Source of the DNA: Chromera velia | Taxonomy: Eukaryota | Direction of reading: 5' to 3' | Length of the DNA stretch: 57,506 bases | Assembly (NCBI GenBank): GCA_018398765.1 | Contig: JAHBMJ010000070.1 | Location: 1-57,506 of the forward strand | Part shown: positions 1-12,450 of the stretch, one piece after another | Numbering within the stretch: the stretch's first letter is position 1 | Layout: each line of letters opens with the position of its first letter | Translations under genes and position numbers: made by a program | Notes under the pieces: model-generated | Seen by the model: the letters and a program-made list of their open reading frames with translations, nothing else | What the model was told of the DNA's origin: nothing | Database searches by the model: none

Positions 1-301
1 TCAAAACGTTTTTTTTTTGAAAGCAAACCATCAAGATTTAGGTTTTTTCATTTGAATCAGCATGCGTGACGGATCGGTACTTGCAAAAGTTTTTTCGGGA
101 CCTTCATATTTGAGGTTGAAAGTCATATTGATCAAATATTTGATCGTATTTGATAGGTCTTTAAACACTAGGTCCTCCCTGACTGGATATTTGATTTGAG
201 CTTAAGCCCTACCTCAAATCAAATTAAATCAAATCAAATCAAATCAAACATGGTCACTAGTCAGAGCATGAAGAGCGGCAGGCCGCCGCTATCACCTCCC
301 G

Positions 302-1079
302 GACCTCCCTGAAGCTAAGTACCACTTGAAAGTTTAAGCCGCATTTTTGGATAAGCTTGAAAGTCCGCGCTGCAGGTACAGATCATTCACAGTGTCTTGT
401 ACACTGTGCTGTTAGGAGTAACTACCGGCCTTTTTGAGAAAGCTTTTGGTTACCATCAAATTGGTAACTGAAATTTGGTAACTGGGGGGGTCTGACGGGA
501 CTACTAGCGGGACTACTGCTACCACGGTAATCTGCCTGAATCTGACTACAAATATGTTGAATCGGGATTTAATATAGGAGAAATTAACGTATCTTTAAAA
601 ACTGTGTAAAATATAAAAAGGATCATTTTTAAACTTATCTTGTCTAAGTTGTTTTTATAATATCAAAAACTTGACTTTGACTTACACATATTTAATTTGT
701 GGATATAAGAGAACTTTGCAATAAATCTATCTTTGGTACTCAATTTATCTACTAGTTTGTCTAGCTTAAAAGAACGTTTACCACTGTTTTGGTTACTAAA
801 ACAACAGTAATCAATGTGACTCAGACTGCATGATTACCGTAACCATGAAAATCATGGTTACCAAGCGGCCTAACGGCTGTCTAGGTAACCAAACTAAGTT
901 GGTTACTCCTAACAGCACAGTGTAGTGTCTTGAAAGCCAAAGCCGCATATCCGGACGATGTCTTGAACGTCTACGCCGCAGTTGTGGACGGTCTCTTGAA
1001 AAACGATATATGCCGCAGATAGAGTCTAGAGATCATCTTAATTATATTTTTTCAAGTGACACTTACGTTCAGGGAGGTT
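302..1079. mobile_element. Non-autonomous DNA transposon (MITE family A, copy 1), interrupted by a nested element
   Basis: Imperfect ~29-bp TIRs (ACCTCCCTGAAgcTAAGTacCACTTGAAA at 303-331 vs reverse complement at 1050-1078). Degenerate 8-bp TSD acctcccg/gccttccg. An uninterrupted homolog lies inverted at 29703-29946. Confidence 0.75.
400..924. mobile_element. Nested non-autonomous DNA transposon with 23-bp perfect TIRs and 8-bp TSD
   Basis: TACACTGTGCTGTTAGGAGTAAC (400-422) and GTTACTCCTAACAGCACAGTGTA (902-924), flanked by direct repeat GTGTCTTG (392-399, 925-932). The second host copy near 29850 shows the empty site. Confidence 0.85.
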
Positions 1080-1104
1080 GCCTTCCGGGTGCCCATCCTC
1101 TTTC

Positions 1105-1899
1105 TAGGGTTGGGAAAAGGTTTATTGAGAAAAGGTTCAAATCTGAAAAAGTAAACCTGTTGAACCTGTTTTGAACCTGTTGAACCTGTTGAACCTGTTT
1201 TAAACCTGTTTTGGAGGCCAGACGCGCGGCCACTGGCACAAGGCCGGCCAGGCCCGCGCCGCCCGTGGCCCATATAGGTGAAATAAGGAGCCGGAGCCGC
1301 GCGCACAACAACTGTCCCCAGCCGGTTCAATCTATTGTGTCGGACAGATGCATGTTAGCATATGTCAGCATCATATGTCAGCATGAAAACTCATGCTGAT
1401 GGTTGCAGAAGTGAAGAAGTACACGTGACTTATCAAGTTTTCCACTTGCAAGGCCCCGCATCAAAACAGACAGTCTCCACTGAAGGAATGAGGAAGTATA
1501 GAGTTTGTTTGACAGCAGTCTGCACGACAGTGTAATTGACAATGTCTTTTTGGAGGGGCTGCTTCAGACTCGTGCCGGCAGCAGTCCCTCTGCTTGCTTC
1601 CGCTACTACCGTCTCCGGATCTTTGATTACTAATTTTTGACTATAAACAGTGAATAACTTGAGACTAGCACCTAATGTGAGCGTAAATATTGATTTAAAC
1701 TATTTAAAAACACTACTAAGGCATAGATTCTATAATAAAACGTTCTAAAAATGCATTAAAACCTAATTTAAAGGCATAAAATAACACGAAAAAATGAGGT
1801 TTCTATTAATTAAAAGTGAACCTGTTTTTGAACCTGATTCAGGTTCATTACTTCAAAGTGAACCTTGAACCTTGAACCTTGAACCTTTTCCTAGCACTA
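1105..1899. mobile_element. Non-autonomous hAT-type element
   Basis: TIRs begin TAG (TAGGGTTGGGAAAAGGTT vs rc TAGTGCTAGGAAAAGGTT). Perfect 8-bp TSD CCTCTTTC (1097-1104, 1900-1907). Subterminal GAACCT(G/T) repeats at both ends. Confidence 0.85.
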
Positions 1900-3373
1900 C
1901 CTCTTTCTAAATCCCACTTAATTGTCTTTCATCTATTTTTGTTGACAGATTCCACTCACAGCTATCATCTATCATGCATTAAATTAATCAATCACTTATT
2001 AAATCAATCAATCAATCAATCAATCAATTTATGAGTCGGCTTACTCCGTCAAAATACAAAATTTACAGTATTATTTACTTATTGCTACGTTTGATAGAAA
2101 AATAGTTAATAATAGTTAGCTATTTTCACTATTTTAATAGACAGCTGCATGTTTCCACTGGCAGTATCAAACGTAAGTCTCAGGCTGAAACCAAGGATTC
2201 AAACCACGGGCATGCAGTAAGACCTGCATGCGTGTGCTGGACAGACCAATCGCAGTGTCGGCCAGGACTTGCGGCTACGGCGCACTGCAAGAACATTACT
2301 AGTTTTACGGGATCGAAGCAGCACACACGAAATCCGATAGTAGTAGTATGCAGCACACAAGACACCCATCCCCATGCTGGCTGCGTTACTGAGCAACTCC
2401 CTCTCTCTTCTTCGGCAAAGGAGAGAAAGATAGGAGTTCTCTCTTCCTTGACCGCGAAAGACGTGCAGCCCAAGCTCCCTTTAAAAAAACCAACTGAAAA
2501 GAGCGAGAGAGTGCCAAGACACCGACGTGGCCTTGCTACGGGGGGCTGCAGACTTTCTGCAGCGGAGATTCGTTCGTTCACACAGTCATTAGTTCGAAGT
2601 CGCCTCTCACCCGTTCGGTGTCTCAACTCAACGCAACTCTCCGTCTGACACACACGCCGTGGATATTCAGTCTCTTTCTTTGATGAAAAGTTTTGCACCA
2701 AAGACTGTTTTCTTAAAACATGTCATGCACATACCTGCATGCTGGCATGCATGCAGAAACATTCCCGTGTCGCGACAGTGCTTTTTATGCAGAGAAGGAT
2801 ATTGGGGGGCGGAAAGGAAGTGAAGATCATTGCAGGAAGGAGAAGATGGACGCACGCACGCACGCACGCAGGCACGCACGCACCAACAGAGAGCAACATC
2901 CATCCATCGATCGATCCATCCATGAGAAGTCATTTTTCGATCATTCATGCACTGGCCTGGCCAACCAAGCCATGCACGCATGAAAGTATCATCTTGCCCC
3001 CTTCCCCCGGCACAAGAAAGAAGGGCGATAGATAGTCCATCCTTTTTCCCGATGTGCGCAGATCGATGGGTGGCGGTCCTTTTTTCTAAGAACATGCAAC
3101 GAACACCTCGAGGAACAGAGAAACGGCCGTTGCTTAAACCAAGAGACAGACAGACAGAGAGACAGAGAGAGAGAGAGGGAGAGAGAGAGAGAGAGTTGAT
3201 CCATCTATGCATCTCTCCTGATTGAAAAGACAGATCAACGCAGAATAGCCAGGCAGAGGGGAAATGCTCTGATGGAGTCATCAGTCAAAAAGAGCCAGAG
3301 ACCACAGTCATCCGGCCAACTGAAACACGTCCGTTTTTTGAGAGCACCCCCGTACCTCTTTCTCTTCCTTCGT

Positions 3374-3597
3374 GTCCTGTCCTTTTTGCTTGCTGTGTGG
3401 CTGGAGACGGATCGTTTGGACTCCCTTTTCAAATCCAATTCTTCTTCATGTTATGCGTCCTGTCCTTTTTGCTTGCTGTGTGGCTGGAGACGGATCGTTC
3501 GGATTCCCTTTTCAAATCCAATTCTTCTTCATGTTATGTGTCCTGTCCTTTTTGCTTGCTGTGTGGCTGGAGACGGATCGTTCGGATTCCCTTTTCA
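3374..3597. repeat. 83-bp tandem repeat, ~2.7 copies
   Basis: gtcctgtcctttttgcttgctgtgtggctggagacggatcg recurs at 3374, 3457 and 3540. Confidence 0.9.
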
Positions 3598-4471
3598 TAT
3601 CCGTTTCTTCTTCCATCTTATGGATACACACGGTCTGTCTCGTCGTCTGGATAGCTCTCTCTCGTAGACTGAAGGAAGGAGAGAAGGACGAAGAGAAGAA
3701 AGAATGAGACGGAGAAAGAGCGGAAAACGGCATCTCTGGCTGCCTCCGTGTTGATGTGGTTGTGGTTGTTTTGCACATGGGGACCCCTGTCCATGCAGCT
3801 TATTTTGATATGTGCTGACGATCGCACATTAAGATTTCGACTAGTGGCTCAGTCGTGAACTGCCAGAAACAAATGTAGGAAGAAGGGCATGCGACAAAGA
3901 AGGAAGCACAAGAAGCACGAATTAACACCCAAAAGCGAAGTGCAACAGACGCGAGAAGGACAGAAGGAAGGAAGGAAGGAAGGAAGGAAAGAAATAGGAA
4001 TGAGAGAAATAAGGAATGAAAAGAAAGGAATGCACGAAGGAAATAAGGAAGGAAAGAAAGCAACGAGAGGTGGGGGAGAAAGAATCTTAAATCAAACAAC
4101 AGAGCAGAACGAGAAGTCCAGAGACAGACAGAAAGAAGACTGGACAAGGAAACGGACATTGTTTTGTTTTCTTTCGTTGCTGATCGCTGTGAACCTGTCT
4201 CCGCCTGTCTGTCTGTCTCTCTTTGCATCATCTCTTCATCTCATCAAGTCGTCCAGTCTCGTCATTCATTCATTCATTCAATCAATCAATCCTGTTCATT
4301 CAGCCTCTCCGACAAAGACGAGACGCCTCTTCTTTGGATTGGATATGAAGACGCCTCTTTGTTTTGTTTGTCGTTCGCTATGTCCCTCTTTCCCTCTTTT
4401 CGACACCCTAGTATGGACACCCTCATTTCGACACCCTCTTTTCCCCTTTCCCTCTTTTCGACACCCTCGTA

Positions 4472-7400
4472 TCACTCATTTTCATCATACGGAGGAGCCT
4501 TAATGCGTTCCTCCTTTACCTTCGGCTCTACCCTCTGCACTGTCCCTCTCTCAGTCCCCGAGGGGCCGGAGAAAGAGGAAGAAGATGATCTTGTGCCTTC
4601 CTCCTCGTCTTCTCCGGAATCCCTCGAGGACGAAGCAGATCCACCGCTCGAAACCGCGAACTCTCCGTCTCGGGCGGACTCTCCCCCAGACCCCACTGAG
4701 CTTCTCTCGGCGCCACGTGAGGGATTGGAGGCGGACGCAGAGCCCTGCTCAGAGGAGAGACCAAACCTGGCAGTCCTCGAACTGCCTCCCGACCATCCAT
4801 CTGCCCCCTCCCCACGGGTTTTTTTCCTCAGAACCGGTGTGGCATCTGTCAGAGGGAGGCTTTCTATCAGAGACCCCTGTCCAGATGAACCGCTAGAGGG
4901 GGTGGGGGATCTGTTTTGAGTCAACGGACAAACCCTAGAGCCGTTGAGCTCCCCGCTCTTCAAGTGCAGCCTTCCCCTCGACACCCGCCTTCTGTCTGCT
5001 CCCACCCCCTCTGGGCGGAAGGAGGGGTCAGGGACCACCGGCAGGATGTCCACACTCACATCCAATTCATCAGCGGGTCGAATGTGGGAGTTCCGCTTGG
5101 AGGAAGAAGAGAGGCGTTCAAAACCCGGAGGGGGAGGGGGACGGGGGCCGAGAGGAGGACGGTGTTGTTGGATTCCGACCGCAACCTCCGTGTTCACACC
5201 AGCCTCGTCGATTGGGGGCCTCTCAGAGTCGAAATTGTCGGCAGGCGGTGAGGGGCGTGTACCGGCAGGGGGGAGGGGGACCGGACGGGAGGGATGTGGG
5301 GCTTGAGGGTGAAAGCGTCCCCCCCTCGTCTTTGTCTGCGGTCCTGTGGCGGCAGTGGGAAGAGGAAGGAGACCGAAGTCTTCCTTTCTAGAGTGATGGT
5401 GCATGGGGGGGGGGTGACCCTGGTGGTGTGAGGCCGGTGCAGTTTGCGAGAGGTTGGTGGAAGAGGCGGACAGTCCGACTGAGAGAGAGGAGGCAGAGAG
5501 GGGCAGAGGGACCTGAGTGCCCCCTCTTTCATCGTTCAGGAGATGATTGTTGAACTCCTGGTCCAGTGGAGGAACTCTGTCAGATGGAGGGGTGGGGGTG
5601 GGAGCTGGGGTAGTGGATGCTTTGGAAAAGTGCTGATTTCCACTATGGCTACTGCTGCTCGTGCTCTTATTTCCCTTTCCATTGCCTCCTTCGGAGCTTT
5701 TACCATCAACGCTCTCTGAAAGGCTATGCGGTTTGGAGGTGCGCGCATTTTGAGCGACGAACATATCCTCTTCCTCCAGCTCCCTTGCCCTCTCTTCTTG
5801 TTCCTTGGCAAGAGTATGTTGCCTCCCTTCGTGTTCGCCCTTGATGAGAAGGAGGAACTCTCTGTCGAGAGATGAGAGGTAAGAGAGAAGACAGTCGTGG
5901 TGCAACAACCACACCTGCAGGGCAGGGCAGGCAGAGAGGCAAACAAACATCCATTCAGCAACCCGACACGACAACGGTACACCGTGATGATTTTCTTCTG
6001 TACGTCAATGGATGATCAACAGTAGGCCGTCGCCTCTTCACTCCCTCTTTTCTTTCCCTCTCTCCCTACACAGTGACGGTGAAGGAGAAAGCTCTCCTTT
6101 TTCTTGGCAGTACAGGGGCTTATTTGATACAACACTGCTGGTCACCTTCACAGCCCACTGGTACCCGTAGAAGGGAAAAGGAAAAGGTAATGGAGGCAGA
6201 AAAGAAAGCAGATCGATCACACACAGAAAAGGAAGCAGATCGAGCACACACCGTAGACACGCACCCCATCTCATCGATTGACCGACCTACCCACCTGGAA
6301 CGCGTCCGGGTCGGCGACTGCGTGTTTGGACTTCTTCCCTTTCCCTCCTCTTGGAGGCTCTTTTTTGACCTCCACTCCCTCTCCTTCCCTCTCCTCTGCT
6401 CGTGCTGCTGCGTTGCCTCCCTTTGTTGGAGGGGGGTCAGGAGGATCGCCCTGCTCCCTTCCTTCACCACCGAAAGCGCCTCCAACCCCCTCTGGAGGCA
6501 CAGATGATCCCACAAACGACTTGGGATACCTCCGCAGCTGCGAAGCGAGGGCATCAAAGACGAGCGGTGCAAGACGGATGTTGTCAGGAGGGAGACCTGC
6601 AGCGAGACGGGAAAGGCGCTCTGCACGCACGCACCGAGGCAGGGAATGCAAACATACAGCCCAAAATGGATTAGGACTAATGACAAAAACATGGAAACAG
6701 ACAGACACAAAAAAGTAGATGTAATGAATTTCACACAGTCGTTTCACCACACATTGCAACGTCTTCATCGTTATTCTTTTGGGTGTTCAAGGGAGAAGGA
6801 CACGATTTGGCAGTGAAGACACCATTCTCTTCTTCGTTTTCTTCTCCGCTTTCTTTTCATATGCTCGGAAGACCGACGGAAGAGAGACGATAATCTTTTT
6901 TCCCCTGTCTTTCAGATTTTGCCTTTTTTTGAGAAAGATGACATGCAGACAAGTGAAACAAGCAGAAGTCCCTCCCACGCACTTGTCTCCCACCCGCTTG
7001 CAGAACAGAAGGAATGCCTGCACTCTCGGAGTGTGTCCAAAAGAGTCACACTAGATCATGCCCCTCGAACACCGTTCATTGCTCACAAAGGGGGAAGAGG
7101 CAGACGGGCATACACGCACGGACAAGCAGGCAGCATCTGCAGCCATCCACACAGGCATGCGCAAGAACGAAAAAAAAGGGGGGGGGACACGGTAAGGCAA
7201 ACGAACCCTCGATGGCCTCTTCGAGATCCACGCCTTCCCTCCGTGCAAACCGCTCGATCTCTCTGAAGCGGTATCTGCAGTCACACACACACACACGGAG
7301 GGAGGGAGAGAGATGGAGCACACGCATTAGGATCTCCGTCCCCTTGTTTCATTGGAAGCATGCGCTTGCTCATGAGGAAAGGAAGAATGAACGAGGGTGC

Positions 7401-8705
7401 ATGAGAGGAACGGAAAAGGGAAGAGGGGGGGTAACAGAAAAGGGAAGAAGTAACGGAGAAGGGAGGAATGAATGAAGCTGCATGAGAGGAGCGGAAAAGG
7501 GAAGAAATAATGAGGGTGCATCAGAGGAACGGAAAAGGGAAGAATGAATGAAGGTGCATCAGAGGAACGGAAAAGGGAAGAAATAATGAGGGTGCATCAG
7601 AGGAACGGAAAAGGGAAGAATGAATGAAGGTGCATCAGAGGAACGGATGGGGTCCACAAGAGCAACCAGACTCAGCAAGAAAAAAACAAAACCACTGGGG
7701 CGGAGCCTTCGTATACCCAGACAATGAAGACAAGACAAGACAAGACAAGACCAGAGCTGGTGCATGGAATGAAACTCCCGTCAGACAGCCCAGATCGAGG
7801 ACGGCTGAGTGACTGACTGACTTTCGGGGCCGAAGTTCTTCTGCACCGTGGGCGTGGACGCATTTGTGCCCCCGAGGACAGCTGCCCTCCATCACCCACT
7901 GCCGACAGAGTGCGACTTTCTCGACCGTGTGCGCGTGCGTCAGCTTCAGGTCCTCTCTCCCGCTGGTGACAGGGTTGAGTCCCCCTGCTGACTTTTTGGA
8001 ATGCACACACGGCCGCGACTTCCCCCCCAAGTGGGCAGTCTGCAGCTCCTGCAGGGATCGAAGGCCATATTGGAGGGTAAGTCAAAGCGTGAATAGGACT
8101 ACGGAGCCGGGAAGAGGCCAAGCACTGTCCTGGAGCAAATGCGGAGAGAGGGGGGCGGATGGGAGGGCTGCGTGGGAACATGTTGGAAGGCAAACGCTGA
8201 GGCGGTTCGAAAGAAAGGAGGCGAAACTCGGCCTGCAGTTTGGAACGGGCATGCATGGCACAACCTCTCGACAGGGAGACTTTTTATTGAAGACAAGTCT
8301 CCGGCTTTGGGTGTCTCACAAAGCGTGACGTCTAAGACAAATGGATTGTGAATCTGCAGACCCGCGGTGTTCTCCCGGAAGACTCGGCGCGGCTGGGCTG
8401 CTTTTTGTGTTTTCCGAGAAACCACACAGCGGAATTAAGGCGAAAAGTACACAGTCTCACGTACCGTTTCGGCATGAGCAAAGCTGCAGTTCTCCCCGTT
8501 CGGGCAGAATCCTTTCGCAAACAGTCGGCACAGTGAAAATCTGCTCACAAACATGCGCATGCAAAGGGCACGCAGCGGATGAGGAAGGCTGATGCGCAAA
8601 GGGCCTAGATGACTCACATAAGCAGCAATTCAGGAGAGGCAAAAGAACCAACCTGTAGAGATGCGGTTTGGATAGTACGGCTGCTTTACCTTGGCTGCTT
8701 TGCAT
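4472..8705 (-). CDS. Multi-exon tandem CCCH zinc-finger (TIS11/ZFP36-like) RNA-binding protein with a long Pro/Ser/Gly low-complexity C-terminus, ~730 aa
   Basis: Phase-consistent GT-AG model: 8705-8653, 8540-8465, 8048-7822, 7274-7207, 6620-6295, 5914-4472; a further last exon near 3668-3512 is possible. Spliced fingers are LYRFSLCRLFAKGFCPNGENCSFAHAETELQ (C-x7-C-x5-C-x3-H) and KVALCRQWVMEGSCPRGHKCVHAHGAEELR (C-x8-C-x5-C-x3-H). Confidence 0.75.
7392..7647. repeat. Intronic minisatellite (core gggtgcatcagaggaacggaaaagggaag)
   Basis: About 6 imperfect copies of a ~38-40-bp unit inside intron 3 of the CCCH gene. Confidence 0.75.
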
Positions 8706-9410
8706 TTCTCTGGATTGCTACATCAAAATCATTGTCACACTTCTGAGGATGACCAAAAGGGCTCCATCCCGTGGTGCACCTCAAAGCCTTCATGGAGTTA
8801 CGAAGCAGAAGACGCCGTTAAGTTAGGTATAAAAGCCTGCTTCGGCTGCCTTTCGACACGGATGCCTTGCGAGTATGTATGACTGCTCTTTCAGTATTGC
8901 GAAACCTGAGGACGGAACTGAATGTATCAAAGAAACTGTCATCTTCCGAAGAAGAGGAATCATTCCTTTGTCCATGGAAAGCGAATTAATCGAAATTAAT
9001 CCGAACACTTTGCATGGCTTCTCGCGGTCCGCGCATGTCCGCACACGCGCGACATATAGGCGCAATAATTAAACCTTTTGTCGCGTCGAAGGTTGTGCGC
9101 GCAAAGCGAGCGCGCGAGCGACTTTTAATTGGATTTTTGAGGCGCATATACATATATCGATATATATGCATGGATCGACTTTCGATCATGCATGCATGCA
9201 TGAATGGCATTGCATGCATGACATTCATCTTTAATTGCCGGTGCTGCGTTAATATTGCATTTCGATTCAGAGTCTAGGGGGCGAAAGCCAACCACCAGCA
9301 GAAGAAGGAAGGTTAAATTTGTTGCTTGGGTGCTCACACAAAGCTGCTACTTGAGAGTGAAAGAAGCCGGGATCAATCACGAGTATACGAGCAGAGACGC
9401 CAATTAACTC

Positions 9411-9446
<36 letters not shown>

Positions 9447-9523
9447 ACATACCAACAAGGTTGAATTTAGTCGTTTGGAACTCCCGAGAGCCGTCGTTCG
9501 CAGCCTGAAATCAAACAGGGGCG

Positions 9524-11212
9524 ATGTTCTTTCCTCTTGTTCTTCTGGTTCTTTTGGGCTCGAGCTGTGGTTTGGGTCACGGCTTGTCCCTTTCCGCAGA
9601 GAGGGCACAGCGAAATGGTGCCTCGTCGAGCTCTCTTGTTCAACGAGACGAAGAGAAGTCCTCTAATCGTCCAGTGAGAGATTGGCTCAAGGAGAGGGGT
9701 GCGGCTTTCGACGACAGACCTGGTCTGCCTCTGTGTTACTGATGAGCGGACTGACTGTCTGCCTGCATGCTGAGAGTCTCCCCGTTTGTTTGTCTGCATT
9801 TTTGAAACGTACAGTGTACTTGTCTTTTATCTCGCTGTGTTTCTGTCTGCCTCTGTGTCTGATGGAAAGATACATGGACATCATGACCAGCGATAGAAGT
9901 CACGTACTGTCGTACATGCACCCATGTGTGCACTTGCGCGTCTTACCTGCCCGTAAGAAGATGTATAGATTGACTGCATTTGGGTGGAGTGAGCACCTGT
10001 TTGATCTTGTCAGAAGAGGGGAGAGGGAAAAGAGAAAAGCGTGCAGTCTGTCTGCCAGTCTGTGCGTGAGCGTATGTGCGCCATTCTGTCTCAAAAATTG
10101 CCGCCACCAGACCCAGAAAAGGAAGTTACTGGAAATTCAGGACGGGCAACGAAAAAAAAAACGGAAAAAAGCAGGTAGTCTGCCTGGTTGCCCGTGTGTT
10201 TCATCAACCCAATTTGTTCTGTCACTGGACTGTCTGCCATCTTTTCGGTGCTCTCTCTGGATCGACAAACGTATCAGTGCGTTTGGATGACTGCGTGTGT
10301 AGGTGTTTGCGTTTTTTCGTATGCATGCATGTATGCATAAATGCAGGTCTGGTCTACGACTGGACTTTCTGCTGCCTCTGCTCGGCAGACTTCAATGGGT
10401 CACACAACGAAAAAGTACACTATGTGGCCAATTACTTCAACGAAGAGTGCCCCTCAGATGCCAGGAGCAAAGCGTCAGCCAAACTGGTGCAACCAAGAAT
10501 ATGAATTGTGTAAATATTCTCCTTTCCAACAGAGATGGAAAGATTGGATTGGCAGTAGAGGTGCATGAAAAGGAAGAGGGACAGGGAAGAGGAAAGAAAA
10601 ACGGGGCGAATGTATCTGCTACAGAGACCGTGTGAGTGTGAGTGTGTGTGTGTGTGTGTGTGTGAGTGAGTGTGTGTGTGTGTGTGTGTGTGTGTCTGTG
10701 TGTGAGAGAGAGAGGGCAGGCAGGCCCGGAGGAATCGCGGGAGGAAGGAGAGAAATTTCAAACCGAGAGCAGCGATCGCCTCGGCTTAAAGTGTGCCTGC
10801 AATTGTATTTCTACGTCTGGGTACCTTTGTGATGGATCAGCCTGTCTGCCTGTCTTCTTTCCTGTCGATCTGCAGGCAATCTTATTTCGATCAAGACTAC
10901 GGGAAGAAGCCTCTGTTGAAAATCAAGAAAGTAAAAATTCTTCCGAATGTCCGGAGCTATGTCAGCAACGTCCAGTGCGAGAAGGTCAAATTTGGCCCCT
11001 CTGCGGCACAGCAACGGGAGTCCTGCGGGAAGTGCGTGAAGAAAACCATCTACGGGAAAGCAAACGAGCACTACGAGGAATGCGAGGCCTACCGCCGGCT
11101 GAACGGTCACGTCAGCTGGACTGCCTGGATGCACATGGTGCAGAAGAAGCTGGACGGTGGCATGACGCCCCAGGAGTACTACGAAGGGCCCCAGGACGAC
11201 TACGAATATTGA
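9524..11212 (+). CDS. Secreted Cys-containing protein of unknown function, ~213 aa, 4 exons
   Basis: Signal-peptide-like N-terminus MFFPLVLLVLLGSSCGLGHG. Phase-consistent exons 9524-9673, ~9961-9988, 10347-10473, 10876-11212 (...WTFCCLCSADF...RSKA|QSYFDQDYGKK...GPQDDYEY*). Confidence 0.65.
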
Positions 11213-12019
11213 ATCTCATTTCACATCCAGCTGGAAGCCAGACAATGTGCAGGAGAGCAAACGACGGCTTGACTGAGATGATCCACCGGGAGGTAATCGC
11301 ACCTCAATCGCAGATTCCATGGGCGCGCAAAGACAAAAGCAGAAGCTCGGCCTTGCGTGAAGCCACGCGCATTCACATAGCCAGTCCCAAAGTTTGATTA
11401 AAGTACGTGCAGTCAAGAGGGAAAGGGGCGCAACACAAACCTGACACAGTTGTCACGCGTGCGCAATCAAGTGCACAGTCAGAGCCTTGTCATGCATAGC
11501 ACAAATTGAGGCTCAATCAAGCTTGGTAGGGCGCAGCGTTGAAAATTCAAAGGATAATAAAGTTTGAAGTACGGTCATAAGCCAGGCAGACAGCCTTAAA
11601 GATGTCTCAAAGACATCGACCTTTGTGCATAGATGGGGCGCGAGATGTACAGATCAGACTGGAGGTCACACTTAAGCTGAGTTTTGAGGTTTTTAGCACT
11701 CTTTACAGAAATTAATTCATCTTAATTCCTGTATAACTTGAAAAACACAAATGTATAGTGAACTCAGTATTTAACATTGCAGTGAGGCCATGTACTAGGC
11801 ATAAGACATTAATTAAAAAGAAAAGGATTAAATGTTTAATTAAATATTTTGGTGTTTTCCTTTTTAATTTTCTAATAATTTTTCACTTTTCCCGATAGGT
11901 TTTTAAAATATGCAGTCTTACTGTACTTTTACTATTATGTTTAATTATGTTTCCGTGCGCCTATGATATAAGACAATCAAAAAGCTGACTGCGAGATGCT
12001 GCGAGACAAAGACTCGTCT

Positions 12020-12221
12020 CAGAGAAAGAAAGACTTTGAAAGACAGAGAAAGCGGGGGGGGGTGAAGAGAGAGATACAAAGAGACAGAGAGATAGAGAGA
12101 CAGAGAGATAGAAAGACAGAGAGACAGAGAGATAGAGAGACAGAAAGACAGAGAGACAGAGAGACAAAGAGACAGAGACAGAGAGAGAGCGACAGAGAGA
12201 CAGAGACAGAGACAGAAACAG

Positions 12222-12316
<95 letters not shown>

Positions 12317-12450
12317 GAGAGAGAGTGCGAGAGAGAGTGAGAGAGATAGACAGACAGACAGACAGACAAATAAACAAACAAACAGACAAACAGACAAACA
12401 GACAAACAAACAGACAAACAAATAGACAGACAGACAGACAAATAGATAGA
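12020..12450. repeat. Compound microsatellite (GA)n/(GACA)n/(AAAC)n
   Basis: Directly visible simple repeats. Confidence 0.95.

Noticed and set aside
2180..3281. ORFs of 138-204 aa on both strands
   Set aside because: No recognisable motifs and interspersed with simple repeats; no consistent exon model could be built.
5983..6157. Extra exon in the CCCH gene (WAVKVTSS...DVQKKIIT)
   Set aside because: It has plausible splice sites but is 175 nt (frame-breaking) with stops in the relevant frames, and the flanking exons join in phase without it. A decayed or poison exon cannot be excluded.
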